A DNA stretch of 64,000 nt from Laetmonice hystrix. Taxonomy: Eukaryota. Where the stretch lies: positions 24,864,001-24,928,000 of the forward strand of contig OZ249436.1 in NCBI GenBank assembly GCA_965235115.1. The letters run 5' to 3'. Within the stretch, counting starts at the first letter, position 1. Each line of letters opens with the position of its first letter. A program made the translations under genes and the position numbers. Below are positions 40,349-56,136 of the stretch, one piece after another. The notes under the pieces are model-generated. The model was not told the origin of the DNA and made no database searches. It saw only the letters and a list, made by a program, of their open reading frames with translations.

Positions 40349-43300
40349 TTTTTCAATATGCGTTAACATTTGTGACCAGCTCAACGCGCCTTGTAAAATT
40401 TTTCAAAGTGCGTAAAAGTGTCTGTCCACCCCGACACGCTTTCCAAACCACTATACCCACCGAGCGACATCCACTCAAATACAGGCTTCGACCGATCCTC
40501 ACTGTGCCAATAATCCGCCACAAGGCAAATTCAGTCAATGCAAGCTGGAAAATCGAATGTCAAACCTAATGCTCCCCCCCCAGCACGTTAACTGAAAAAA
40601 ATCAACTAGCTTGAAAACTAGAATATAGCTTTGTTTAGCTAACAATCTACTCTCCCAGCGCCATCAACTCGCATACAGGCGTAAAAGCAAACGCACTGCC
40701 CCATATAATGCTCCCAGCCTAAGACGATGTTGCAATTAATTTAAGATTAACAAGATGCACTAGTAATCCGATCCAAGCCTAATTACGTCATTGCTAGTTT
40801 CATAACCAAATCTCACAGAAAATACCCCACCCGCGCACATAACCTGAAAATATTCAACTTTTATCTCCAATGTATCCCTGTGCACCTAGTAGCACCCAAG
40901 CGGGCCCAATTTTGACATTCCAACACAAATACCGCAAATACCCGCCTAATGGCACAAAAAAACTTTCTACCCCGTTGCAAGTCACATTAGCTTGCTGCTT
41001 GTCGTAAAAAATGGTGCAGACCATTTCTAAAGTCACAGTACCCCACTCCCGGCCTAATATTACGTTTCAGTATCCATATACGCTGCAAGCGGCAAGAACT
41101 CGAATACAGGCCTAAAAGTAACCCCAGTCTAGCAATATCATACTCTCATGCCATATACGAGCTTGTAATTATCTTTAATTAATGGGCTCCGCAGCACCAA
41201 CCCACTGCATTAACATTTGTTTAACAGCTTGACGCACCTTGTAAAAAATTTTCAAGTGCGTAAAAATGCGTGTCCACCTCCACATACTTTAAAAATCACT
41301 ATACCCACCCAGCGACATTCACTCTAATACACGCCTAAGAGGAACTTCACTGTCCCATTTGATTCTCCAGCACGTATAGGATGTTTCAAGTAACATTCAT
41401 CCACGGTCTGGCCCAATAACGTGCAACAAGGCATAGTAAGTCAATGCGAGCTCGCATGTCAAACCTAACCCGCCCCCCAGCACATGAGCTGAAAATATTC
41501 AAATAGCTTGAAAACTAGAATATAGCTTTGCTTAATACCATTATACCATCAACTCGCATTACAGGCCTAATGCGAAGCTCCCAGCCTAAAACGAGTTTCC
41601 AATTAATTTAAAGTTAACAAGATGCACTAATAATCGATTCCAAGCCTAATTAGGCCATTGCTAGTTGGATAACCAAATCTCATACAAAATACACCCTCCC
41701 GGCAGATGACCTGAGAATATTCAACTCTTATGTCCGATATATCCCTGTCCGCTTTGTAGCACCCAGCCGGGCCCCCATTTTGACATTGCAACACCAATAC
41801 AGCAAGTGCCCAGCTAACAGCACAAATAACAGGATTCAGGGCTTCCTACCACGTTACAAGTCACAATAGATTGCTGCCTGTCGTAAAAATATACCAGACC
41901 ATTTTAAAAAGTCACAGAACCCCAATCCGGCCCTAATATGTCACTCCCAGTACCAATACACTCTGGAAGCACCATCAACTGAAATTCAGGCCTAGAACCC
42001 ACCTCTCTCTACCAATATCATGCACCTAGTCCGTATACGAGGTTGTAATTTACTTTAATCAACGGGCTGCGCCGCAGCAACCCACTCTGGTCTTTGCAAT
42101 CTTTTTCAATATGCGTTAACATTTGTAACCAGCTCAACGCGCCTTGTAAAATTTTTCAAAGTGCGTAAAAGTGTGTGTCCACCCCGACACGCTTTCCAAA
42201 CCACTATACCCACCGAGCGACATCCACTCAAATACAGGCTTCGACCGATCCTCACTGTGCCAATAATCCGCCACAAGGCAAATTCAGTCAATGCAAGCTG
42301 GAAAATCGAATGTCAAACCTAATACTCCCCCCCCCCAGCACGTTAACTGAAAATAATCAACTAGCTTGAAAACTAGAATATAGCTTTGTTTAGCTAACAA
42401 TCTACTCTCCCAGCGCCATCAACTCGCATACAGGCGTAAAAGCAAACGCACTGCCCCATATAATGCTCCCAGCCTAAAACGATGTTGCAATTAATTTAAA
42501 ATTAACAAGATGCACTAGTAATCCGATCCAAGCTTAATTACGTCATTGCTAGTTTCATAACCAAATCTCACAGAAAATACCCCACCCGGGCACATAACCT
42601 GAAAATATTCAACTTTTATCTCCAATGTATCCCTGTGCACCTAGTAGCACCCAAGCGGGCCCAATTTTGACATCCCAACACAAATACCGCAAATACCCGC
42701 CTAATGGCACAAAAAACTTTCTACCCCGTTGCAAGTCACATTAGCGTGCTGCTTGTCGTAAAAAATGGTGCAGACCATTTCTAAAGTCACAGTACCCCAC
42801 TCCCGGCCTAATATTACGTTTCAGTATCCATATACGCTGCAAGCGGCAGGAACTCGAATACAGGCCTAAAAGTAACCTCAGTCTAGCAATATCATACTCC
42901 CATGCCATATACGAGCTTGTAATTATCTTTAATTAATGGGCTCCGCAGCACCAACCCACTGCATTAACATTTGTTTAACAGCTTAACACACCTTGTAAAA
43001 TTTTTTCAAGTGCGTAAAAATGCGTGTCCACCTCCACATACTTTAAAAATCACTATACCCACCCAGCGACATCCACTCTAATACACGCCTAAAAGGAACT
43101 TCACTGTCCCATTTGATTCTCCAGCACGTATAGGATGTTTCAAGTAACATTCATCCACGGTCTGGCCCAATAACGTGCAACAAGGCATAGTAAGTCAATG
43201 CGAGCTCGCATGTCAAACCTAACCCGCCCCCAAGCACATGAGCTGAAAATATTCAAATAGCTTGAAAACTAGAATATAGCTTTGCTTAATACCATTATAC

Positions 43301-46300
43301 CATCAACTCGCATTACAGGCCTAATGCGAAGCTCCCAGCCTAAAACGAGTTTCCAATTAATTTAAAGTTAACAAGATGCACTAATAATCGATTCCAAGCC
43401 TAATTAGGCCATTGCTAGTTGGATAACCAAATCTCATACAAAATACACCCTCCCGGCAGATGACCTGAGAATATTCAACTCTTATGTCCGATATATCCCT
43501 GTCCGCTTAGTAGCACCCAGCCGGGCCCCCATTTTGACATTGCAACACCAATACAGCAAGTGCCCAGCTAACAGCACAAATAACAGGATTCAGGGCTTCC
43601 TACCACGTTACAAGTCACAATAGATTGCTGCCTGTCGTAAAAATATACCAGACCATTTTAAAAAGTCACAGAACCCCAATCCGGCCCTAATATGTCACTC
43701 CCAGTACCAATAGACGCTGGAAGCACCATCAACTGAAATTCAGGCCTAGAACCCACCTCTCTCTACCAATATCATGCACCTAGTCCGTATACGAGGTTGT
43801 AATTTCCTTTAATCAACGGGCTGCGCCGCAGCAACCCACTCTGGTCTTTGCAATCTTTTTCAATATGCGTTAACATTTGTGACCAGCTCAACGCGCCTTG
43901 TAAAATTTTTCAAAGTGCGTAAAAGTGTGTGTCCACCCCGACACGCTTTCCAAACCACTATACCCACCGAGCGACATCCACTCAAATACAGGCTTCGACC
44001 GATCCTCACTGTGCCAATAATCCGCCACAAGGCAAATTCAGTCAATGCAAGCTGGAAAATCGAATGTCAAACCTAATGCTCCCCCCCCAGCACGTTAACT
44101 GAAAAAAATCAACTAGCTTGAAAACTAGAATATAGCTTTGTTTAGCTAACAATCTACTCTCCCAGCGCCATCAACTCGCATACAGGCGTAAAAGCAAACG
44201 CACTGCCCCATATAATGCTCCCAGCATAAAACGATGTTGCAATTAATTTAAAATTAACAAGATGCACTAGTAATCCGATCCAAGCTTAATTACGTCATTG
44301 CTAGTTTCATAACCAAATCTCACAGAAAATACCCCACCCGGGCACATAACCTGAAAATATTCAACTTTTATCTCCAATGTATCCCTGTGCACCTAGTAGC
44401 ACCCAAGCGGGCCCAATTTTGACATTCCAACACAAATACCGCAAATACCCGCCTAATGGCACAAAAAACTTTCTACCCCGTTGCAAGTCACATTAGCTTG
44501 CTGCTTGTCGTAAAAAATGGTGCAGACCATTTCTAAAGTCACAGTACCCCACTCCCGGCCTAATATTACGTTTCAGTATCCATATACGCTGCAAGCGGCA
44601 GGAACTCGAATACAGGCCTAAAAGTAACCCCAGTCTAGCAATATCATACTCTCATGCCATATACGAGCTTGTAATTATCTTTAATTAATGGGCTCCGCAG
44701 CACCAACCCACTGCATTAACATTTGTTTAACAGCTTAACGCACCTTGTAAAAAAATTTTCAAGTGCGTAAAAATGCGTGTCCACCTCCACATACTTTAAA
44801 AATCACTATACCCACCCAGCGACATTCACTCTAATACACGCCTAAGAGGAACTTCACTGTCCCATTTGATTCTCCAGCACGTATAGGATGTTTCAAGTAA
44901 CATTTATCCACGGTCTGGCCCAATAACGTGCAACAAGGCATAGTAAGTCAATGCGAGCTCGCATGTCAAACCTAACCCGCCCCCCAGCACATGAGCTGAA
45001 AATATTCAAATAGCTTGAAAACTAGAATATAGCTTTGCTTAATACCATTATACCATCAACTCGCATTACAGGCCTAATGCGAAGCTCCCAGCCTAAAACG
45101 AGTTTCCAATTAATTTAAAGTTAACAAGATGCACTAATAATCGATTCCAAGCCTAATTAGGCCATTGCTAGTTGGATAACCAAATCTCATACAAAATACA
45201 CCCTCCCGGCAGATGACCTGAGAATATTCAACTCTTATGTCCGATATATCCCTGTCCGCTTAGTAGCACCCAGCCGGGCCCCCATTTTGACATTGCAACA
45301 CCAATACAGCAAGTGCCCAGCTAACAGCACAAATAACAGGATTCAGGGCTTCCTACCACGTTACAAGTCACAATAGATTGCTGCCTGTCGTAAAAATATA
45401 CCAGACCATTTTAAAAAGTCACAGAACCCCAATCCGGCCCTAATATGTCACTCCCAGTACCAATACACGCTGGAAGCACCATCAACTGAAATTCAGGCCT
45501 AGAACCCACCTCTCTCTACCAATATCATGCACCTAGTCCGTATACGAGGTTGTAATTTACTTTAATCAACGGGCTGCGCCGCAGCAACCCACTCTGGTCT
45601 TTGCAATCTTTTTCAATATGCGTTAACATTTGTAACCAGCTCAACGCGCCTTGTAAAATTTTTCAAAGTGCGTAAAAGTGTGTGTCCATCCCGACACGCT
45701 TTCCAAACCACTATACCCACCGAGCGACATCCACTCAAATACAGGCTTCGACCGATCCTCACTGTGCCAATAATCCGCCACAAGGCAAATTCAGTCAATG
45801 CAAGCTGGAAAATCGAATGTCAAACCTAATGCTCCCCCCCCCCCCAGCACGTTAACTGAAAATAATCAACTAGCTTGAAAACTAGAATATAGCTTTGTTA
45901 AGCTAACAATCTACTCTCCCAGCGCCATCAACTCGCATACAGGCGTAAAAGCAAACGCACTGCCCCATATAATGCTTCCAGCCTAAAACGATGTTGCAAT
46001 TAATTTAAAATTAACAAGATGCACTAGTAATCCGATCCAAGCCTAATTACGTCATTGCTAGTTTCATAACCAAATCTCACAGAAAATACCCCACCCGCGC
46101 ACATAACCTGAAAATATTCAACTTTTATCTCCAATGTATCCCTGTGCACCTAGTAGCACCCAAGCGGGCCCAATTTTGACATTCCAACACAAATACCGCA
46201 AATACCCGCCTAATGGCACAAAAAACTTTCTACCCCGTTGCAAGTCACATTAGCTTGCTGCTTGTCGTAAAAAATGGTGCAGACCATTTCTAAAGTCACA

Positions 46301-49300
46301 GTACCCCACTCCCGGCCTAATATTACGTTTCAGTATCCATATACGCTGCAAGCGGCAGGAACTCGAATACAGGCCTAAAAGTAACCCCAGTCTAGCAATA
46401 TCATACTCTCATGCCATATACGAGCTTGTAATTATCTTTAATTAATGGGCTCCGCAGCACCAACCCACTGCATTAACATTTGTTTAACAGCTTAACGCAC
46501 CTTGTAAAAAATTTTCAAGTGCGTAAAAATGCGTGTCCACCTCCACATACTTTAAAAATCACTATACCCACCCAGCGACATTCACTCTAATACACGCCTA
46601 AGAGGAACTTCACTGTCCCATTTGATTCTCCAGCACGTATAGGATGTTTCAAGTAACATTTATCCACGGTCTGGCCCAATAACGTGCAACAAGGCATAGT
46701 AAGTCAATGCGACCTCGCATGTCAAACCTAACCCGCCCCCCAGCACATGAGCTGGAGATATTCAAATAGCTTGAAAACTAGAATATAGCTTTGCTTAATA
46801 CCATTATACCATCAACTCGCATTACAGGCCTAATGCGAAGCTCCCAGCCTAAAACGAGTTTCCAATTAATTTAAAGTTAACAAGATGCACTAATAATCGA
46901 TTCCAAGCCTAATTAGGCCATTGCTAGTTGGATAACCAAATCTCATACAAAATACACCCTCCCGGCAGATGACCTGAGAATATTCAACTCTTATGTCCGA
47001 TATATCCCTGTCCGCTTAGTAGCACCCAGCCGGGCCCCCATTTTGACATTGCAACACCAATACAGCAAGTGCCCAGCTAACAGCACAAATAACAGGATTC
47101 AGGGCTTCCTACCACGTTACAAGTCACAATAGATTGCTGCCTGTCGTAAAAATATACCAGACCATTTTAAAAAGTCACAGAACCCCAATCCGGCCCTAAT
47201 ATGTCACTCCCAGTACCAATAGACGCTGGAAGCACCATCAACTGAAATTCAGGCCTAGAACCCACCTCTCTCTACCAATATCATGCACCTAGTCCGTATA
47301 CGAGGTTGTAATTTACTTTAATCAACGGGCTGCGCCGCAGCAACCCACTCTGGTCTTTGCAATCTTTTTCAATATGCGTTAACATTTGTGACCAGCTCAA
47401 CGCGCCTTGTAAAATTTTTCAAAGTGCGTAAAAGTGTCTGTCCACCCCGACACGCTTTCCAAACCACTATACCCACCGAGCGACATCCACTCAAATACAG
47501 GCTTCGACCGATCCTCACTGTGCCAATAATCCGCCACAAGGCAAATTCAGTCAATGCAAGCTGGAAAATCGAATGTCAAACCTAATGCTCCCCCCCCCCC
47601 AGCACGTTAACTGAAAAAAATCAACTAGCTTGAAAACTAGAATATAGCTTTGTTTAGCTAACAATCTACTCTCCCAGCGCCATCAACTCGCATACAGGCG
47701 TAAAAGCAAACGCACTGCCCCATATAATGCTCCCAGCCTAAGACGATGTTGCAATTAATTTAAGATTAACAAGATGCACTAGTAATCCGATCCAAGCCTA
47801 ATTACGTCATTGCTAGTTTCATAACCAAATCTCACAGAAAATACCCCACCCGCGCACATAACCTGAAAATATTTAACTTTTATCTCCAATGTATCCCTGT
47901 GCACCTAGTAGCACACAAGCGGGCCCAATTTTGACATCCCAACACAAATACCGCAAATACCCGCCTAATGGCACAAAAAACTTTCTACCCCGTTGCAAGT
48001 CACATTAGCGTGCTGCTTGTCGTAAAAAATGGTGCAGACCATTTCTAAAGTCACAGTACCCCACTCCCGGCCTAATATTACGTTTCAGTATCCATATACG
48101 CTGCAAGCGGCAGGAACTCGAATACAGGCCTAAAAGTAACCTCAGTCTAGCAATATCATACTCCCATGCCATATACGAGCTTGTAATTATCTTTAATTAA
48201 TGGGCTCCGCAGCACCAACCCACTGCATTAACATTTGTTTAACAGCTTAACGCACCTTGTAAAATTTTTTCAAGTGCGTAAAAATGCGTGTCCACCTCCA
48301 CATACTTTAAAAATCACTATACCCACCCAGCGACATCCACTCTAATACACGCCTAAAAGGAACTTCACTGTCCCATTTGATTCTCCAGCACGTATAGGAT
48401 GTTTCAAGTAACATTCATCCACGGTCTGGCCCAATAACGTGCAGCAAGGCATAGTAAGTCAATGCGAGCTCGCATGTCAAACCTAACCCGCCCCCAAGCA
48501 CATGAGCTGAAAATATTCAAATAGCTTGAAAACTAGAATATAGCTTTGCTTAATACCATTATACCATCAACTCGCATTACAGGCCTAATGCGAAGCTCCC
48601 AGCCTAAAACGAGTTTCCAAATAATTTAAAGTTAACAAGATGCACTAATAATCGATTCCAAGCCTAATTAGGCCATTGCTAGTTGGATAACCAAATCTCA
48701 TACAAAATACACCCTCCCGGCAGATGACCTGAGAATATTTAACTCTTATGTCCGATATATCCCTGTCTGCTTAGTAGCACCCAGCCGGGCCCCCATTTTG
48801 ACATTGCAACACCAATACAGCAAGTGCCCAGCTAACAGCACAAATAACAGGATTCAGGGCTTCCTACCACGTTACAAGTCACAATAGATTGCTGCCTGTC
48901 GTAAAAATATACCAGACCATTTTAAAAAGTCACAGAACCCCAATCCGGCCCTAATATGTCACTCCCAGTACCAATACACGCTGGAAGCACCATCAACTGA
49001 AATTCAGGCCTAGAACCCACCTCTCTCTACCAATATCATGCACCTAGTCCGTATACGAGGTTGTAATTTACTTTAATCAACGGGCTGTGCCGCAGCAACC
49101 CACTCTGGTCTTTGCAATCTTTTTCAATATGCGTTAACATTTGTAACCAGCTCAACGCGCCTTGTAAAATTTTTCAAAGTGCGTAAAGTGTGTGTCCACC
49201 CCGACACGCTTTCCAAACCACTATACCCACAGAGCGACATCCACTCAAATACAGGCTTCGACCGATCCTCACTGTGCCAATAATCCGCCACAAGGCAAAT

Positions 49301-52300
49301 TCAGTCAATGCAAGCTGGAAAATCGAATGTCAAACCTAATACTCCCCCCCCCCCAGCACGTTAACTGAAAATAATCAACTAGCTTGAAAACTAGAATATA
49401 GCTTTGTTTAGCTAACAATCTACTCTCCCAGCGCCATCAACTCGCATACAGGCGTAAAAGCAAACGCACTGCCCCATATAATGCTCCCAGCCTAAAACGA
49501 TGTTGCAATTAATTTAAAATTAACAAGATGCACTAGTAATCCGATCCAAGCTTAATTACGTCATTGCTAGTTTCATAATCAAATCTCACAGAAAATACCC
49601 TTCCCGGGCAGATAACCTGAAAATATTCAACTTTTATCTCCAATGTATCCCTGTGCACCTAGTAGCACACAAGCGGGCCCAATTTTGACATTCCAAGACA
49701 AAAACCGCAAATACCCGCCTAATGGCACAGAAAACTTTCTACCCCGTTGCAAGTCACATTAGCTTGCTGCTTGTCGTAAAAAATGGTGCAGACCATTTCT
49801 AAAGTCACAGTACCCCACTCCCGGCCTAATATTACGTTTCAGTATCCATATACGCTGCAAGCGGCAGGAACTCGAATACAGGCCTAAAAGTAACCCCAGT
49901 CTAGCAATATCATACTCCCATGCCATATACGAGCTTGTAATTATCTTTAATTAATGGGCTCCGCAGCACCAACCCACTGCATTAACATTTGTTTAACAGC
50001 TTAACGCACCTTGTAAAATTTGTTCAAGTGCGTAAAAATGCGTGTCCACCTCCACATACTTTAAAAATCACTATACCCACCCAGCGACATCCACTCTAAT
50101 ACACGCCTAAAAGGAACTTCACTGTCCCATTTGATTCTCCAGCACGTATAGGATGTTTCAAGTAACATTCATCCACGGTCTGGCCCAATAACGTGCAACA
50201 AGGCATAGTAAGTCAATGCGAGCTCGCATGTCAAACCTAACCCGCCCCCAAGCACATGAGCTGAAAATATTCAAATAGCTTGAAAACTAGAATATAGCTT
50301 TGCTTAATACCATTATACCATCAACTCGCATTACAGGCCTAATGCGAAGCTCCCAGCCTAAAACGAGTTTCCAATTAATTTAAAGTTAACAAGATGCACT
50401 AATAATCGATTCCAAGCCTAATTAGGCCATTGCTAGTTGGATAACCAAATCTCATACAAAATACACCCTCCCGGCAGATGACCTGAGAATATTCAACTCT
50501 TATGTCCGATATATCCCTGTCCGCTTAGTAGCACCCAGCCGGGCCCCCATTTTGACATTGCAACACCAATACAGCAAGTGCCCAGCTAACAGCACAAATA
50601 ACAGGATTCAGGGCTTCCTACCACGTTACAAGTCACAATAGATTGCTGCCTGTCGTAAAAATATACCAGACCATTTTAAAAAGTCACAGAACCCCAATCC
50701 GGCCCTAATATGTCACTCCCAGTACCAATAGACGCTGGAAGCACCATCAACTGAAATTCAGGCCTAGAACCCACCTCTCTCTACCAATATCATGCACCTA
50801 GTCCGTATACGAGGTTGTAATTTACTTTAATCAACGGGCTGCGCCGCAGCAACCCACTCTGGTCTTTGCAATCTTTTTCAATATGCGTTAACATTTGTGA
50901 CCAGCTCAACGCGCCTTGTAAAATTTTTCAAAGTGCGTAAAAGTGTCTGTCCACCCCGACACGCTTTCCAAACCACTATACCCACCGAGCGACATCCACT
51001 CAAATACAGGCTTCGACCGATCCTCACTGTGCCAATAATCCGCCACAAGGCAAATTCAGTCAATGCAAGCTGGAAAATCGAATGTCAAACCTAATGCTCC
51101 CCCCCCCCAGCACGTTAACTGAAAAAAATCAACTAGCTTGAAAACTAGAATATAGCTTTGTTTAGCTAACAATCTACTCTCCCAGCGCCATCAACTCGCA
51201 TACAGGCGTAAAAGCAAACGCACTGCCCCATATAATGCTCCCAGCCTAAGACGATGTTGCAATTAATTTAAGATTAACAAGATGCACTAGTAATCCGATC
51301 CAAGCCTAATTACGTCATTGCTAGTTTCATAACCAAATCTCACAGAAAATACCCCACCCGCGCACATAACCTGAAAATATTTAACTTTTATCTCCAATGT
51401 ATCCCTGTGCACCTAGTAGCACACAAGCGGGCCCAATTTTGACATCCCAACACAAATACCGCAAATACCCGCCTAATGGCACAAAAAACTTTCTACCCCG
51501 TTGCAAGTCACATTAGCGTGCTGCTTGTCGTAAAAAATGGTGCAGACCATTTCTAAAGTCACAGTACCCCACTCCCGGCCTAATATTACGTTTCAGTATC
51601 CATATACGCTGCAAGCGGCAGGAACTCGAATACAGGCCTAAAAGTAACCCCAGTCTAGCAATATCATACTCCCATGCCATATACGAGCTTGTAATTATCT
51701 TTAATTAATGGGCTCCGCAGCACCAACCCACTGCATTAACATTTGTTTAACAGCTTAACGCACCTTGTAAAATTTGTTCAAGTGCGTAAAAATGCGTGTC
51801 CACCTCCACATACTTTAAAAATCACTATACCCACCCAGCGACATCCACTCTAATACACGCCTAAAAGGAACTTCACTGTCCCATTTGATTCTCCAGCACG
51901 TATAGGATGTTTCAAGTAACATTCATCCACGGTCTGGCCCAATAACGTGCAACAAGGCATAGTAAGTCAATGCGAGCTCGCATGTCAAACCTAACCCGCC
52001 CCCAAGCACATGAGCTGAAAATATTCAAATAGCTTGAAAACTAGAATATAGCTTTGCTTAATACCATTATACCATCAACTCGCATTACAGGCCTAATGCG
52101 AAGCTCCCAGCCTAAAACGAGTTTCCAATTAATTTAAAGTTAACAAGATGCACTAATAATCGATTCCAAGCCTAATTAGGCCATTGCTAGTTGGATAACC
52201 AAATCTCATACAAAATACACCCTCCCGGCAGATGACCTGAGAATATTCAACTCTTATGTCCGATATATCCCTGTCCGCTTAGTAGCACCCAGCCGGGCCC

Positions 52301-55300
52301 CCATTTTGACATTGCAACACCAATACAGCAAGTGCCCAGCTAACAGCACAAATAACAGGATTCAGGGCTTCCTACCACGTTACAAGTCACAATAGATTGC
52401 TGCCTGTCGTAAAAATATACCAGACCATTTTAAAAAGTCACAGAACCCCAATCCGGCCCTAATATGTCACTCCCAGTACCAATAGACGCTGGAAGCACCA
52501 TCAACTGAAATTCAGGCCTAGAACCCACCTCTCTCTACCAATATCATGCACCTAGTCCGTATACGAGGTTGTAATTTACTTTAATCAACGGGCTGCGCCG
52601 CAGCAACCCACTCTGGTCTTTGCAATCTTTTTCAATATGCGTTAACATTTGTGACCAGCTCAACGCGCCTTGTAAAATTTTTCAAAGTGCGTAAAAGTGT
52701 CTGTCCACCCCGACACGCTTTCCAAACCACTATACCCACCGAGCGACATCCACTCAAATACAGGCTTCGACCGATCCTCACTGTGCCAATAATCCGCCAC
52801 AAGGCAAATTCAGTCAATGCAAGCTGGAAAATCGAATGTCAAACCTAATGCTCCCCCCCCCCCAGCACGTTAACTGAAAAAAATCAACTAGCTTGAAAAC
52901 TAGAATATAGCTTTGTTTAGCTAACAATCTACTCTCCCAGCGCCATCAACTCGCATACAGGCGTAAAAGCAAACGCACTGCCCCATATAATGCTCCCAGC
53001 CTAAGACGATGTTGCAATTAATTTAAGATTAACAAGATGCACTAGTAATCCGATCCAAGCCTAATTACGTCATTGCTAGTTTCATAACCAAATCTCACAG
53101 AAAATACCCCACCCGCGCACATAACCTGAAAATATTTAACTTTTATCTCCAATGTATCCCTGTGCACCTAGTAGCACACAAGCGGGCCCAATTTTGACAT
53201 CCCAACACAAATACCGCAAATACCCGCCTAATGGCACAAAAAACTTTCTACCCCGTTGCAAGTCACATTAGCGTGCTGCTTGTCGTAAAAAATGGTGCAG
53301 ACCATTTCTAAAGTCACAGTACCCCACTCCCGGCCTAATATTACGTTTCAGTATCCATATACGCTGCAAGCGGCAGGAACTCGAATACAGGCCTAAAAGT
53401 AACCTCAGTCTAGCAATATCATACTCCCATGCCATATACGAGCTTGTAATTATCTTTAATTAATGGGCTCCGCAGCACCAACCCACTGCATTAACATTTG
53501 TTTAACAGCTTAACGCACCTTGTAAAATTTTTTCAAGTGCGTAAAAATGCGTGTCCACCTCCACATACTTTAAAAATCACTATACCCACCCAGCGACATC
53601 CACTCTAATACACGCCTAAAAGGAACTTCACTGTCCCATTTGATTCTCCAGCACGTATAGGATGTTTCAAGTAACATTCATCCACGGTCTGGCCCAATAA
53701 CGTGCAGCAAGGCATAGTAAGTCAATGCGAGCTCGCATGTCAAACCTAACCCGCCCCCAAGCACATGAGCTGAAAATATTCAAATAGCTTGAAAACTAGA
53801 ATATAGCTTTGCTTAATACCATTATACCATCAACTCGCATTACAGGCCTAATGCGAAGCTCCCAGCCTAAAACGAGTTTCCAATTAATTTAAAGTTAACA
53901 AGATGCACTAATAATCGATTCCAAGCCTAATTAGGCCATTGCTAGTTGGATAACCAAATCTCATACAAAATACACCCTCCCGGCAGATGACCTGAGAATA
54001 TTCAACTCTTATGTCCGATATATCCCTGTCCGCTTAGTAGCACCCAGCCGGGCCCCCATTTTGACATTGCAACACCAATACAGCAAGTGCCCAGCTAACA
54101 GCACAAATAACAGGATTCAGGGCTTCCTACCACGTTACAAGTCACAATAGATTGCTGCCTGTCGTAAAAATATACCAGACCATTTTAAAAAGTCACAGAA
54201 CCCCAATCCGGCCCTAATATGTCACTCCCAGTACCAATACACGCTGGAAGCACCATCAACTGAAATTCAGGCCTAGAACCCACCTCTCTCTACCAATATC
54301 ATGCACCTAGTCCGTATACGAGGTTGTAATTTACTTTAATCAACGGGCTGCGCCGCAGCAACCCACTCTGGTCTTTGCAATCTTTTTCAATATGCGTTAA
54401 CATTTGTGACCAGCTCAACGCGCCTTGTAAAATTTTTCAAAGTGCGTAAAAGTGTGTGTCCACCCCGACACGCTTTCCAAACCACTATACCCACCGAGCG
54501 ACATCCACTCAAATACAGGCTTCGACCGATCCTCACTGTGCCAATAATCCGCCACAAGGCAAATTCAGTCAATGCAAGCTGGAAAATCGAATGTCAAACC
54601 TAATGCTCCCCCCCCCAGCACGTTAACTGAAAAAAATCAACTAGCTTGAAAACTAGAATATAGCTTTGTTTAGCTAACAATCTACTCTCCCAGCGCCATC
54701 AACTCGCATACAGGCGTAAAAGCAAACGCACTGCCCCATATAATGCTCCCAGCCTAAGACGATGTTGCAATTAATTTAAGATTAACAAGATGCACTAGTA
54801 ATCCGATCCAAGCCTAATTACGTCATTGCTAGTTTCATAACCAAATCTCACAGAAAATACCCCACCCGCGCACATAACCTGAAAATATTCAACTTTTATC
54901 TCCAATGTATCCCTGTGCACCTAGTAGCACCCAAGCGGGCCCAATTTTGACATTCCAACACAAATACCGCAAATACCCGCCTAATGGCACAAAAAAACTT
55001 TCTACCCCGTTGCAAGTCACATTAGCTTGCTGCTTGTCGTAAAAAATGGTGCAGACCATTTCTAAAGTCACAGTACCCCACTCCCGGCCTAATATTACGT
55101 TTCAGTATCCATATACGCTGCAAGCGGCAAGAACTCGAATACAGGCCTAAAAGTAACCCCAGTCTAGCAATATCATACTCTCATGCCATATACGAGCTTG
55201 TAATTATCTTTAATTAATGGGCTCCGCAGCACCAACCCACTGCATTAACATTTGTTTAACAGCTTGACGCACCTTGTAAAAAATTTTCAAGTGCGTAAAA

Positions 55301-56136
55301 ATGCGTGTCCACCTCCACATACTTTAAAAATCACTATACCCACCCAGCGACATTCACTCTAATACACGCCTAAGAGGAACTTCACTGTCCCATTTGATTC
55401 TCCAGCACGTATAGGATGTTTCAAGTAACATTCATCCACGGTCTGGCCCAATAACGTGCAACAAGGCATAGTAAGTCAATGCGAGCTCGCATGTCAAACC
55501 TAACCCGCCCCCCAGCACATGAGCTGAAAATATTCAAATAGCTTGAAAACTAGAATATAGCTTTGCTTAATACCATTATACCATCAACTCGCATTACAGG
55601 CCTAATGCGAAGCTCCCAGCCTAAAACGAGTTTCCAATTAATTTAAAGTTAACAAGATGCACTAATAATCGATTCCAAGCCTAATTAGGCCATTGCTAGT
55701 TGGATAACCAAATCTCATACAAAATACACCCTCCCGGCAGATGACCTGAGAATATTCAACTCTTATGTCCGATATATCCCTGTCCGCTTTGTAGCACCCA
55801 GCCGGGCCCCCATTTTGACATTGCAACACCAATACAGCAAGTGCCCAGCTAACAGCACAAATAACAGGATTCAGGGCTTCCTACCACGTTACAAGTCACA
55901 ATAGATTGCTGCCTGTCGTAAAAATATACCAGACCATTTTAAAAAGTCACAGAACCCCAATCCGGCCCTAATATGTCACTCCCAGTACCAATACACTCTG
56001 GAAGCACCATCAACTGAAATTCAGGCCTAGAACCCACCTCTCTCTACCAATATCATGCACCTAGTCCGTATACGAGGTTGTAATTTCCTTTAATCAACGG
56101 GCTGCGCCGCAGCAACCCACTCTGGTCTTTGCAATC
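40349..56136. repeat. Most complete copy of the inferred 7-mer HOR: D-F-G-B-C'-E-(C/E hybrid)-C''-D
   Basis: SNP haplotype order of U24-U32. The same neighbour relationships recur at U15-U23 and U34-U37. Confidence 0.7.
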